From assembly GCF_036588685.1 (NCBI RefSeq), contig NC_086378.1:15438001-15502000 (forward strand): a stretch of DNA of 64,000 nt. Reading direction: 5' to 3'. This document shows, in pieces, positions 38,101 to 50,460 of the stretch. This stretch comes from Mytilus trossulus. Lineage: Eukaryota. The notes under the pieces were generated by a model. That model ran no database searches. It was given only the letters and a program-made list of their open reading frames with translations, and was not told the origin of the DNA. The position numbers and the translations under genes are program-made. Each line of letters starts with the position of its first letter. Within the stretch, counting starts at the first letter, position 1.

Positions 38101-41100
38101 ATCCGGTTATATAATATATATGCTATCGGATCGGAAATAAAACGTGAAATATGATTAAATTTATACGGAATTTGTCGTAATTAGAGAATAAATAGATTAC
38201 AACTTTTCATATATATATATAGGTACGTGAACAGTTTTTTCTCAGTTAATAAAAATTCTTTAAATGGAAGAGTGTGATATACATGTGGGGAAGACATTTC
38301 GTAGTTTGTTTTGAACAAAAACTATCAGTCGATTAATTTTATACAATTATATATAAAAAAAAAACTGAGTCAATTGCAGTTGCAGAGAAGAGAAGAACTG
38401 GAAAATAAATAAATAAAAAGGATTTAAAGTTTAACAGATTTAAATTGTAATGTGTATCAAATGTCAGAAAACCTCAGTTCACGCTCAGGACTCTTTGTCC
38501 TGTGATTGTTGTTAGGACTGGCAACACTTGAAATGTGCATGCAGGGTTCGGAAAAATGTGCCAAAACAATCCTATTGGATATGATGGTAAAATTTGTTCC
38601 AAATCTTAATTAGTTACATGAATCTTTTAAAATTGGTTTATTTTGACATTATAACTTGCTTCTTTAATTCTTATATAGACATCCAAGCTTTAATTTTAGT
38701 GGTATAAGATATTTCAAAATTTCAGTTTCTGTTTTACTAAAAGATTATTTTTAAATCTCATATGGGTATTTTTAAAATTCATATATATATATAATTCTTT
38801 AAATTCTTTTCATTTACAGGGACTGTACAGTTTCATTTACCATCAGTGTGCATTTAATTTGCAATGTATTATTACCTGATAAATACAATTTGAATTAATA
38901 ATATTTTTCATACTCTTCACTCGTTCTACACGAAATCGATAATCGAAATCCACATGTCATCGATAATTTCCGTTTATATTTCACGTTTCATTCCCGATCC
39001 GATAGCATTTTATTATAAAAACGGATGTTGGTACGCGTAGCCTACGATCGACTTTTTGACTATTCGAAAAAGCCGACCGTACCCGCATGCGGATACGCGC
39101 AGACACTGCCATGTTTTAAACTTTGATTATAAACCATCAATTTTGCATACCAATATTTTTATGCTCTTTGTCCATTTCAGATAGATTCCCAAACTATCAT
39201 TCACATGTCAGAAGAGGAATTGACAAAGTTTGTGCCGCTGTATGGGGATCGCAAAGCAATAATAGCGTTTAGCAGGGACAGAAAAGACACGTCTTGTGAA
39301 AAGAAAAAGAAGACAAAGACGTCGTTAATGAAAAAACTTCGGGCAAAAGTGAATGCAATAAAGGGAGGGGCCTCTTATAGTAGTGGAGATGAGGATGAGG
39401 ATGAAAAAGATGTACGTAGTTCTTTAAGTAAGAAACTGAAAGGCAACAAGAACGCAGAAAAAAAGAAACGTCTTGTGGATCTAAGCTGTTTCCATCATGA
39501 CGGTGATGCATATCATCAGATACGAGGAAACAAGGGCGGTGGCCCTAAGTCGTTTGACATGGAAAAATTTGATACGATGGGACAAGTATTAGACCTTGCC
39601 AAACAGCTGTATTTTCCAAATGGACACAACGCAATGAGAGGTAAAATCACAGAATTTGAGATAAAACTAACTGACACATATTTTCAAAACATCGACTTAC
39701 AGTCCACCGTGGAGTCCTGTTATAATCGTTTAAAGATGAGAACATTGAGGTTCAACTTCTGCACAGAAGGCACTACTAGTACAATTGAGAGTGACGAGTT
39801 GCCACCTTTATCACTTCCAAAGAATAGGAATGCAACAGCATCTGCTCAGAGTGGAGTTATTGAAGTAATGGAAATTATTGACTTGCCTCCAACCTGTTTA
39901 AGCAAACCTGAAAAATCAAATGACATTTTTGTCACTAATGATTTTTATAATGCAGAACTTCCGGATATCCAAACAAACTTTGATATTGCTGATTTTACGT
40001 TCGACGGTGATATTGCATTTGGTCCTAATGTACGGGCAAGCAATGTAAGCTTAGACTCGACATTACCATTAGAGAGTGGAAGTGGTGATACTTTGGACAG
40101 ACCATTAGAATTTGCGAATGCTGGTAGAGTGGAGAGAAAAATTATTCGTATACATAGGGCTTCAGCTTTAATGGATATGATAATTCATTTTAAAGATCCA
40201 AACATCATGACTGTAGACATTGATGCCATCATGGTATTAGACAATGGTAAGGAAGAAGCCGGAGAAGGAGATGGTGTTTTCAGAGATTGTATAACCCAGT
40301 TTTGGGATGAATTCTATGAACAATGCACAGAGGGTCGTATTTTCAAGGTACCTGTACTTGGGCATGATTTCCAAAAGGAGGAATGGAAAGCTGTTAGTAG
40401 AATAATAAGAAAGGGTTTTGAAGTCAGTGGTTACTGACCCATTTCAATTATGCCTGCTATATTCGAAGAGTGCATTCATGGAAGCATTGAATCAAGTCTG
40501 ATTGAATTGTTTTCAGATTACTTACCTGAAATGGAAAGTCAGATTGTTAAAAAAGCTATTTCCAATTTCAATGATGTGGATCAAGATGACTTCCTTGAAT
40601 TCCTTGATAGTCATTCTTGTAGAAAATTGGTGAATTCTGAAAATGTCCTGCCAATTATTGGAGAGTTGGCACATAAAGAGTTGATTCAACAACCACGCTA
40701 CGTGATCGAATGTTTCCGTTCAGAATTACGACAGTTGCAAGTCACTCCAGGCAAACTACAACAAATTTATCAAGAAATGAAACAAACATCTAAGGAAATT
40801 TTGAAATCCTTGAGTGTACCGGAAAACATGAAAGAAGCGGAAAGGCTATGTGCAGGCTTTTTAAAAAGATATATCAAAGATCTAGATGGAGAAAAACAAA
40901 AGGCTTTCTTGAGGTTCTGCACAGGTTCAGATGTCCTGCTGGGAATGAAAATAACGATTGAGTTTTTTTAATCTAAAGGGTTCACACGGTCACCAATAGC
41001 TCATACATGTGGGCGAGTATTACAAATTCCATCAACTTATGACACATATCCTTCTTTTAGGTTTGAGTTCAATTATCTGTTGAACAGTAAGGTTTGGGTA

Positions 41101-44100
41101 ATGGACATAGTTTAGAGTTCATATAGTGTAATAGTGCTGGCATTCCAGGATGTTCCGATGAAAATGGACATAAACTCAATGTATGAGTACAGTTCTAAAT
41201 GATTCAAGTATTCTTTATTTAATAATTCATGTTTAAAGGAGGTTCGTGTAATGATTTTGTGTAATGATTTTATGTCGTGAGTTCGGCAGAGGGAGTTTTT
41301 TTCAAGTTTTTTTTTTAAGTGTTCACAGTGTTGAACAGAAAAGCATTTCAGATTTATGTGAACAATTTGTTCTGTGTTTGTTTATGTCCATTACCCAAAC
41401 CTTACTGTTCAACAGTTTTGAGAGAAACACAAGCTGCATTAAAGTTTTGCCATAAAGGCAAGCCACTTGATTTTATTGTATTATTGTCAATATTGTTATG
41501 TTATAATGATTTCAGTCAAATAGCAGTAGGTATTACTTTTTATTTACCTTGTCATTAACTATTTTGTTGTTTTATTTCAATTACAAGTTTCAGTGAATCT
41601 ATTTCATTTAATTGTTAATTCCTCTTGCCATTAACGATTTTTTCCTCACTTTCTTCGGTCTTTGTTTCCAATTATTTTGATTCATGCGTAATCCTAAACA
41701 TTTTTGAAGATCTTTTCTTACGCTTTAAGATTGATTTGGATCAAACTTGTAAATAATTATCCTCAGTTTATAATAGAAGAAAAGTATAATATACATAGTT
41801 ATATCACAATATTGTATTGTTATCAGGCCAAAAATAGATAAATTTTCATCGATAAAATGATTTCCTTCTTATGCCTTTTCAGACCTGATTGGCGACCATT
41901 ACTGAAATAAAATGTTCATCAGAATACACCATGTATCGTAAAAATTGATAGGAGCTATTTAATTCAGGTCTTCGATTGAAATTTTGCTTAGATCAAATGT
42001 TTTAAAAGATGTTATTCGATAGTGGACATGACTTTGATACTTTATTGAAAAACATAGAATATAAAAAAAGAAGATTGGGTATGATTGCCAATGAGACAAC
42101 TATCCACAAAAGACCAAAATGACACAAACATTAACAACTTCAGGTCACCATACGGCCTTCAACAATGAGCAAAGCCCATACCGCATAGTCAGCTATAAAA
42201 GGCCCCGATAAGACAATGTAAAACAATTCAAACGAGAAAGACTACAGTTAGTGTTCATTTAGTGTATTTAAGAGCTTCCAAATGAGATAAAAATAAATCT
42301 CTCCTTAATTAAGAAGAATTCCTAGCGTAAAGCTTCCTAGCTTAAAACGTATAGTGATATACCTGTATCAACTTGATGAAGTTGCAAAGTTGTGATGCAC
42401 AATTAACTGGTTACTATCAGAAGATTGGAAGTTATACAAACCCTATCGCTTTTTTATGTTGGTTTAGACAAAGCTTCTTTATGTTGGTTTAGACAGAGAT
42501 TGTCATTGTCTACATGTATGGTAGAATAAATATATGTCTCTCGTTTAGGGGTACGAAGGGGGACCTTCTTCTGTCATATATTTCCTCCTCCTTCTTTCCA
42601 ATACTTGACCTTTTACAATTAACACTGGTTAGAGGCAACATAAATTCGACCCATTTCTTCTTTTTATTTTAAGCTTATTTGCGTAGTGATGTCCTTTGTT
42701 TGGTGTCTTGCTTTATTGTTACCAGTTGTGTTTTTGTCCCCGGTTTACTTTTGACACTTTGGTTTTCGCGTACTTCTTTACAATATCTGTTACAAGAAAA
42801 TCTTTGGTATCGAGCCTTCCAATTTATCAGACAACAAAGACGCATTGCTTCATTTTTAGAAACGACATCAACTGGTACAAGGAAACCTGGTTAAACCGAA
42901 AACCTGTATTAACCAAACATGCTCTTAAGCTCTATCGTATCAAATTGTATGCGTTAAGAACCTGGCATCAACCAAAACCGAACCACATATTAAGTCCCGA
43001 AGAGGTTCTTTTTAAACAGGTTTCACTGTTCTAAGAATTATGTATTTACAGCACAACACAGAAAGGGTTAAAAAGATTACCCCTTTGGAAAGGGCACCTG
43101 GCTTAAAAGGTCCAGAGAGCTTTGCTATCACTTCAGTATGTGTCGTCGTCTGTTGTTACCGTTTCTGAGATATCTGCAAGTTTAATAGGTACTTCTAGTA
43201 ATGTGGCATTGCTGTGTAATAAAAGTTGCATTACTTCTAGTTTGAAGACTATGTTGAGGCCCTGCTCCTAGGGCATGATCCAGCGACTTTGAATGAACTA
43301 CATTTTGCAAGTTACTTTTTCTGCTAACAGTAAAGGTAAAGGTAATATGTTTGGCTAGCTGAACCGTGAAGTCATTATGTTAGATATATCATCCTTCTTT
43401 CTGAGTAGTCTGGTCCTACAGACGGATAAATTGGTTTTTTGTCGGACTAGTCATTTTAGTCCTACAGACGGATAAATTGTTTTTTTGTCGGACTAGTCGT
43501 TTAAGTATACTTTAACTTAATGATGACTTAACGGTTCAGCTAGCAATCAAGCTAACCAAATACAAGTATATTACTTACACACTCGAATGTTTTGCTGTTA
43601 GTTAGTTTGATAGAAACTACTAATATTTGCTATCAAGTTACAACATCACGGTTTGTACATCTCAATTTTTCAACCAGTTTGAGGCTCGAGATTATAGTCT
43701 AGTGACTTTGAATTTATAAGCAATAATCCTGTTCATCAGATTGGTGTTTTTTTTCGAAACATATATCAGTGTCAACAATTTATCTTTAACGTCGAGCTAG
43801 AGCTGATGACCAAATATACAATAATTCCAGGCAGAAGTTTAACGGAAGGAGAAGGTGAATGTAATATAGCCACATATTGAGGAAAAAAACTACAAAATTA
43901 CGTTTAATGGTCTGGCAATTAATGATTAATTCTCAAAATCAATCACAACCTTCGGTTTCTTTTTAATATGGAACCTTGTATAATATCATAAAAATTCATA
44001 GACTAATACAAAAGTTATTGCCCGGATACCAGAAATTCCTTTTTGTTGACCCCTATTACCTAAACTGTTTGGACAATAACCCCCGAATACAGTCCCATCT

Positions 44101-47100
44101 GGTTAGTATTGCCGAACTGATGGTACAAATTAATACAAATCCATACACTTATATATACTCAAGTTTGACTACATTACATTCGCCTTCTCCGTCCGCTGCC
44201 CCGCAAATATTACCGTTACACTTTTCCATGAAACTTCTGTATGAAATTACTATAGGTCATGGGGATTTTCACATTCAACCTTTTATAGTAATATTCTTTA
44301 CAAAGCACAAAAATGTCGGCATTAACCTTAAAAGCTATCAAAACCTGTAAACAAGACTTTTACTATTTTTCTATAGTACAGTTACGATACTGTTGTCGGG
44401 TAATTATGGATGGTATATTTTGGCTTTGCTATTCTTTCACTTATAGGGTCTTTGCATTGGAAATAAACAGTTATGTTCTTAAGCCAGCTTTTGACCTGCT
44501 ACGGGTTATGTTCTTCTTATATATTTTATGATGGTATGATACTAAACAAAAAAAGGGAAGAATTGAGCTTGATATTCATATGGTGAAAACATAATCTTTC
44601 AATCATTTTAATTGAGGTCTAGAGCTGGCATGTCAGTAACTGCTAGTAGTCATTTATGTATAATTGTCATTTTGTTTTCTGCTCTTTGGTCAGGTTGTTG
44701 TCTCTTTGTCAGATTCCCCATTTCTATTCTCAGTTTTATCAAGATATAGCCTGGGAAACCAAATGAATTCGGACGACTATGACGACACGGTCGTTACATT
44801 AAGTCAATTAATGACTTAAATTGTAAATTCATCCCTTATTGGAGTAATTGTCATTAACAGATGCTGTTTACCGAATGTTGCGTTTTTTTTGGGGCAAAAA
44901 CTGTGATGATTGTAATCATAAAACGGCATGTCGCATAGTAAGAGTATTACTAGTAATTCTATTCTTTATTACTTTGAGCAAATGATGCTCATCAGTACAA
45001 TGTGCTTTAGGTATCATATATCACAGCATCACTGATGAAAGATATACACACCTAAAATTACGGGTCTTATCTTAATAAAAAAATACTATTCCGGCTTCTT
45101 GTAATTTCAATTGACAAATATCACGAAGATGTCTAAACAATACTTAATTCATGAAATGAGAAAAAAAATCGAAAGCTTGTAGTCAATTTCATATTATAAT
45201 ACTTTGATTTTGGAATTTGGTAAAACTTTAATACATTCTTTTCGGTGTCGGGTACTTCATGTGATGTGGAATATAATCTTACTCCGTGTCACCAGATGAC
45301 CCCATTTTTTTCATGTTCTATGCTATTGCATGGAACGTTGCCTCATTGACGCATGCCAAATAATCCGATTGTCTGTGCATGCTAAAACATTTTTGAAGTT
45401 GTATATTATTATGTTAAATGTAATTGTAGAGAGATTTATTTTAGTAAATTTATAAATAAATATAATATTAATAAAACCAATATTGAATTATAAATTTTGT
45501 TTTATTATATCTCTCATTTGTAAATAAAGTGTGGCTCTGTCATAGGGGTCTCTTGTTTTTGTCCAGCTGTTTTCCTCCATTAATATGTTAGCCAGGTCCA
45601 AAATGTCATTGTCACAGTCTGAATCTTCGAAGTCACACTCCTCGGCACAAGCATTTAGTTCGACATTGTCCAAAGGTAGTGAATAATCCTCGGTGCCTTT
45701 CAAAAAAGGTGCCTGGTATAAGACCATTGGACGCCCGTTTATGTCGCAATGCTTCGATTTGCGAATTCGGTGTGCATTCCATGTTTCAACGACATTTTCA
45801 AGCTCTCTCTGAAATAGAAATAACTTGATAAAAGTGGTGTTAAAATGCATTCTCTTCGATTAAAATCTAATTTGTTTAATGAAGACACGTGCAGTTAATA
45901 GCGACACATCTGGATGTAACTTGATGAAAAAGAAATAAATTACAGAAATAGCAATTGCGGATTTTATGATCGCCAAAAAATGTGTGGTCGTTTTTGTAGT
46001 ACTTTGAGGCGTTTTTTTCTACATGGCACCGTGAAGTAACTGTATTTCTTCTTCACGGACCTACCTGAAATTATATCAGAATGCATTTATTTTGTTTGTA
46101 TGACGATTTTGGGATTAATGAAATTAGTAGGATTATTTTCTAATAAGTAGATGTGTATGTTGTTACGACGCGTCATGCGCTTCTTGAAAAATTTCAATGT
46201 CATCTAAAATTACAATCATTGAGTTCCTTAACTTGTTTGCACACAAATTACCCACAGTCAGACGCCAAAGACTGTCTTATAGATAGGTGTTTTTTTCTGG
46301 CATGGAACCTTTTTTTCATGCAATTTACGTTCGCCTTTTTTTTCTATTCATTTCACAATAACTTTTAAGCAAGTAGATTTAAGCTCGCGCTATATCTTTT
46401 TTGTGAGATAAAAAGGGGATTGGGGTAAATTAGAACAATGCTGTTTATAATTTGAGAACTTATAGTTAAAGTCAGATTTAGATGGGATTTTTTTTTTTGC
46501 GATAAGAATCCTTATGAAATTCCTGTTTAAATTTCATTTAACCGTTCTAACATAGCTTTTTTTTGTTTGTTTCAGAGATAAAAGGGTCAAAAGATAATTA
46601 CAAGGTTGCAAATTTTTTGGACGAAAACATTGCCAGTTTAAGTCTTTATGTCTTTACGACTTTTTTTATATAAAATGTCTCTTTCAAGTACGTTTTTATA
46701 CTGAAACATATAACATGTTAAAAGTATATCAAATTAAGCGTTTGGAATAGTTCTTCGTTGTTTCGTTTTGATTTAAGATGATATTTATATATCATATTCT
46801 ATCTTACTCTGATAATATCCATGAAAAAATATTGTATCAGACTTTTATCGATGAAGTCGCCTGTGAAGTAGCCGTCTTGTTTCATCTGTTCAAAGAATTC
46901 CATCCAAAATTGTACACATTCTTTTCTAAGTATTCCCCACCAGCTCTCTATACGTTGATTGTGTTGACTTGTTCCATAGAGAAAAGCTGTTCTGCTTCCA
47001 GGACCATTCCTCCTTAAGAATGACTGCATTTCAGCAATATAACTGTTTTCGGTTCCCATGTCTGATCGTATTGAATGTGGTACCCTTTCTAAAGAAGTCA

Positions 47101-50100
47101 AAGCCTCTACATAAAATATCGCTACAATTCGTGGGTTATTATTGCTTCTACCAACACGTAACCAAATTATAAACCTTGAAAACCCATCTATACATCCGTT
47201 GACACAAATTCCATACGGTTTTAACTTATCATATGAGTCAATGTGCCATATGTAGTTGGGACCCTTGGATCTATAGTGCCTTCTTTTTAGTTTGCGCTTA
47301 ACTCTCGCAGCAACGCCAGAAGGATCCAATATGCCTAATAGGATTCTTACCATCTCCTTTTGGACAATAAAACCATTCTGTAAGCATCTCGAATGCATCC
47401 AACGGTATCCATGGAGACAACCAGATGACTTTAGTTGTTCGAAGATAAACATAGCAACTTGGAAAACATCCGAAAAATTCTTTCGTCTGTACAATCCATA
47501 CGAAGCTAAGCGTCTTTTCAAAGTTCTCATAGATAAAATAACATTATGTCTTTGGGCCAACAAACCAATAATTTCTTCATATTGCAAACCTAGGCTAAAG
47601 TAGGTTGAAATAATGATAGCTAAATCATTTGTGGTCATGATTATTTGATCTGACACCTGTAATAAAGTAAGCTGTTTAAAATGTGACTACTTCAATTCAA
47701 AGATTTGTAAACTAGTATTACTATCGAGCATCGTGGGTCAAATGTTAATCCTAAATGAGTATAATTGATCACAGTGACTAATGACTGGCGATAAGTATCG
47801 CTAAAGAAACGAAAATAAGGTTTTCATCTTTGATGTGTCGTCATAGTAATAATCTATTTGTTACGGGTGTGGACCCCCCTTTTTAAAATGTCTGAATCCG
47901 CCCCTAGGATAAAATTTGGTATCAATGCCAGACGGCCGTTTCGTCTAAATTGTGGCTAGTTTATACAGCCATAACTAAGGCCATAAACTTAGTATTGACT
48001 AGTTTTGGTACTCGATGAACATCGTTTCAATATCCTCTCAGTGACGTCGATGGTAATAAGATATACCGCCTATCTAATACACCAAAATGTTAAATGTTTA
48101 TATGTATCAAGTTAAGCAGCAAATAAGGAACGGTGTAATATGATACCCGTAGCCCATTCACGACACAATAATTTACACGACAGAAATAACATAACTTGAG
48201 TGTCAGTGCATTAAAACAAACTAAGTGTACCCCGGGGACCCTCTTACGAACAAATAACCCGTTTACATTGGAATTCATAAAAAAGGAATAGGAATTATAA
48301 GTTTCTTATTAAATAGTAACTTCGTTTTACACACTGTTCCTAATTACTTTTCTCTGAATTAATACAGTCAGTAAAATTCTACCTATGTTAAAAATTACCT
48401 TAATTTATAGAATGTTTGTCCGGCAGGATCGCCTTCCATAAAGCATAGTGTGCCCATGCTATGAACACGTGTAACTATTGATTACAATATACTAACTCGT
48501 GCGCACAAGTTGTGTAACTTGTGCGCACAAGTTTGTAACTCGTGCGCGCAAGTTATTTAACTTGTGCGCACAAGATAGTAACTCGTGCGCACAAGTTGTG
48601 TAACTTGTGCGCACAAGATAGTAACTTGTGCGCACAAGATAGTAACTTGTGCGCGCAAGTTGGTAACTTGTGCGCACAAGTTGAATTTTTTTTTTTTGCA
48701 TGGCACTCCAGGGCTTCCGTACTATTCTGATGAAACTTTGCTTATAAAAAAAACACCATTATTATAACAGTGAAACGCCAACTTTAAATACACACCGCTT
48801 TTAATGTCGGTTTTGAACTGTCAGACTGAGGTTTATCTTTTAAATTATTTTAACCATTTCAAGATACGTTACTTAGTGTTGCGAAAGAGAATATGAATTT
48901 TGATCTGTTTCCTGGGGCCGTAAGCATTTGAAATCCGAAGATGTATAAGTACCAAAACCGTTGAAGAGCTATATGTAAAAAACATCCTAATTTAAATAGC
49001 CAATTCATCTAAGCCAACATTGCTTGAGAGAGTTGAAAACATAGTTTCTTAATAATTTCAAAATTTACAAACGGACAATTTTAGTAAAGTTTGTTAAATC
49101 ATGCCAGTACCGAAATACTGACTACTGAGCTGATAATACCCTCGGGCACTGATCGTCCACCAACAGAGGCATCGACCTGGTGATGTAAAAATTGAAAATA
49201 ATACGTTTGATAATTTTTTGCGTCCGAAGCGCTTTTCTGGATTTACCTTCATCAGGAATACTCAAAGCCAAACATTCGAAATCCGAAGATGTATAAGTAC
49301 CGAAACCGTTGAAGAGCTATATATGTCAGTAAGAACATTACTATATGTACTCCCCCCCTTAGAATCGGAGATGTGTCTCTTCTAGGAACTGCTCCTCTGT
49401 CTGCAATATATAGTTGAAAATTTACAAATAAAAATGGTGAAGATGATTAAAGCCATTACATCGCATTCAATATCCATGTTATATTCATATAAAGTACTAG
49501 GATAGAAAATATCAGTACATTTTGATCTTCTGTTTAAAAATTGAGCATAAGAACACTTCAATGTCCCATTGTGGTTAATGTTAAAATTTCTGTATCATCT
49601 GCTTCAGGTTCATCAAATCCAACTGGTCAGAAGGAGTCAGGTAAGAATAACCAAAAATTAAACGTAAGTTCCATACTCAATACTAATGTGTGTATTCAAT
49701 CTCATTAAACTAAGTCAAATTGACAACGACACAAAAAAGACTAAAACTAGACATATCATACAACGCTCAAGATTAAGCAAAACGAACAAACAAAAATATT
49801 ATGCTGATCCCAGGTGCCCGGGTTTTAAATAGATCACGCTCCACATTTAGCACTCGTTCTTTGGGCAGTTTTTTGAAACGTTTTCGACCGAAGCAGTGTT
49901 ACCCAGAACAGATTCGGACAGCTCTACCCTGGAACGGGTTTAGACATTTCTACATTATAAAAGGTATGGACAATTCTATATTAGGACTGATTCTGACAGA
50001 CTGATCTTAAATCATATCCTCACAGTTCATTTTTGTAGCAAAAGTGGAAAGTAATAACATTCTGACAATTCTACCCTAGAAAAGATTTTGACAGTTCCAC

Positions 50101-50460
50101 CCTAGAACAAACCTGGATAGTTCTTACGCAAAATTGGTTCCTTAATGTCAGTTTTACCATCGTATGGAAGAACTGTCATACGATAATTCTAAAGGGAAGC
50201 TGAACAGATTACAACTTTCAAAACCAGAACCCCACTAATAATACATCAATATTCACATGTAGCTAGTGATTTAATAATACGTACAGTTTGTGCTCAAAGA
50301 GCATATTTTTTTAAGATACAGTGACTCTTTATTTATTTTAATTACAGAAACCTCCAATGGTGGACTGATAGCTGGCATAGTAGTTGGCTGCGTTTTATTA
50401 GTAGTAATAATTGCAATACTATGTTATGCACGAATAACAGAGACACTTTGTTTTTCATAA
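29161..50460 (+). CDS. Single-Ig-domain type I transmembrane protein (~165 aa, four coding exons)
   Basis: Exon 29161-29221 is the signal peptide MDYFHVKLCLFTFFTWKSIYG. Exon 32496-32786 is the Ig-like domain (LAC...ATW...DDNIKWTC, plus an extra Cys pair and several N-x-S sites). Exon 49608-49640 is a stalk (GSSNPTGQKES). Exon 50348-50460 holds the TM segment GLIAGIVVGCVLLVVIIAILCYA and a short tail. All three introns are GT-AG and phase 1. Confidence 0.75.
29846..30088. mobile_element. PIF/Harbinger-type MITE
   Basis: ~30-bp TIRs GGGACGACATCAAAAG.TCAATG / CATTGAACTTTTGATGTCATCCC with TAA on both flanks. Confidence 0.7.
30880..31200. repeat. Interspersed repeat also present inverted at ~51690-51937
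   Basis: ATAGAAGGGCGTCG...GCGCCGCGCTTG...ACGGTTAAATCCGAACTCTAATTTA...TGACCTGTTGCAA is the reverse complement of the copy in the carboxylesterase intron. Confidence 0.7.
33244..33558. repeat. Left subterminal array, ~15 units of 21-22 bp built on the palindrome AACTTGTGCGCACAAGTT
   Basis: Read directly from the sequence. Confidence 0.95.
35139..35438 (+). mobile_element. Short Helentron/DINE-like element nested in the transposon
   Basis: T-rich ends, a (CGTC/CTGT) microsatellite at 35188-35225, and a 3' hairpin CGGATGGGACATCCG followed by GGGGACACATTCTT. Confidence 0.55.
37493..39110. mobile_element. Non-autonomous TIR element with a 9-bp TSD (Mutator/Merlin-like) in the intron of the HECT gene
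   Basis: Termini GGCAGTGTCT..GCGTA.C.GCATGC.GGTAC are inverted. TSD ATGTTTTAA at 37484-37492 and 39111-39119. The long TIR resumes at 38079-38180 versus 38960-39047. Confidence 0.8.
37551..38078. mobile_element. 528-bp element inserted in the left TIR of the preceding element
   Basis: Ends TAAACTGG / CCAGTTTA. A 9-bp direct repeat TTCGTAGGC lies at 37542-37550 and 38079-38087. Confidence 0.75.
45488..47638 (-). CDS. DDE integrase/transposase (IS3/IS481-related, IS3EU-type), ~383 aa, two coding exons
   Basis: Exons 47638-46808 (GTAAGA donor, phase 0) and 45808-45488 (acceptor CTATTTCAG). An N-terminal HTH-like region (LGLQYEEIIGLL...SMRTLKRRL) precedes the triad WHIDSYD / IRSDMGTEN / NQRIESWW and a later WNAHRIR motif. 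No stops or frameshifts are seen. Confidence 0.9.
48493..48683. repeat. Right subterminal array, ~9 palindromic units
   Basis: Inverted counterpart of 33244-33558. Confidence 0.95.
48925..49322 (-). ncRNA. Retrozyme family B copy with one hammerhead (49220-49261)
   Basis: Same unit as 22905-23530, with the core CTGATGA...GAAA-AGCGCT-TC retained. Confidence 0.7.

Larger units (their letters stand above)
36498..41115 (+). pseudogene. Transposon cargo gene: SAM-like domain, possible ubiquitin-like region and HECT-type E3 ligase domain, with two premature stops
   Basis: Exon 36498-36578 (MSEPDLYDFMRSRNIKDDIIRTLIEEK) splices in phase 0 to 39181 (IDSQTIIHMSEEELTKFVPLYGDRKAIIAF), giving a SAM-like pattern. 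HECT motifs EAGEGDGVFRD, FLRFCTGS and PIAHTCGRVLQIPSTY (Cys at 41008-41010) lie in one frame to TAG 41113-41115, broken by TGA 40435 and TAA 40969. Confidence 0.85.
33206..48721. mobile_element. 15.5-kb DNA transposon, IS3EU-like, with an integrase gene and a HECT cargo gene
   Basis: The TIRs TACGGAAGCCCTGGAGTGCCATGC(A11/12)TTCAACTTGTGCGCACAAGTTAC match at both ends. A perfect 6-bp TSD CTATTC lies at 33200-33205 and 48722-48727. Two convergent internal genes are present. TAY..RTA ends with a 6-bp TSD fit my recollection of the IS3EU superfamily. Confidence 0.9.

Noticed and set aside
40435-40437. In-frame TGA as selenocysteine or programmed read-through
   Set aside because: A second in-frame stop (TAA 40969) also precedes the catalytic Cys and I see no SECIS-like evidence. 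Decay is the simpler explanation.
33206-48721. Maverick/Polinton (15 kb, integrase, 6-bp TSD, long TIRs)
   Set aside because: No protein-primed DNA polymerase B, packaging ATPase, protease or capsid ORFs are present, and the termini are TAC..GTA rather than AG..CT.
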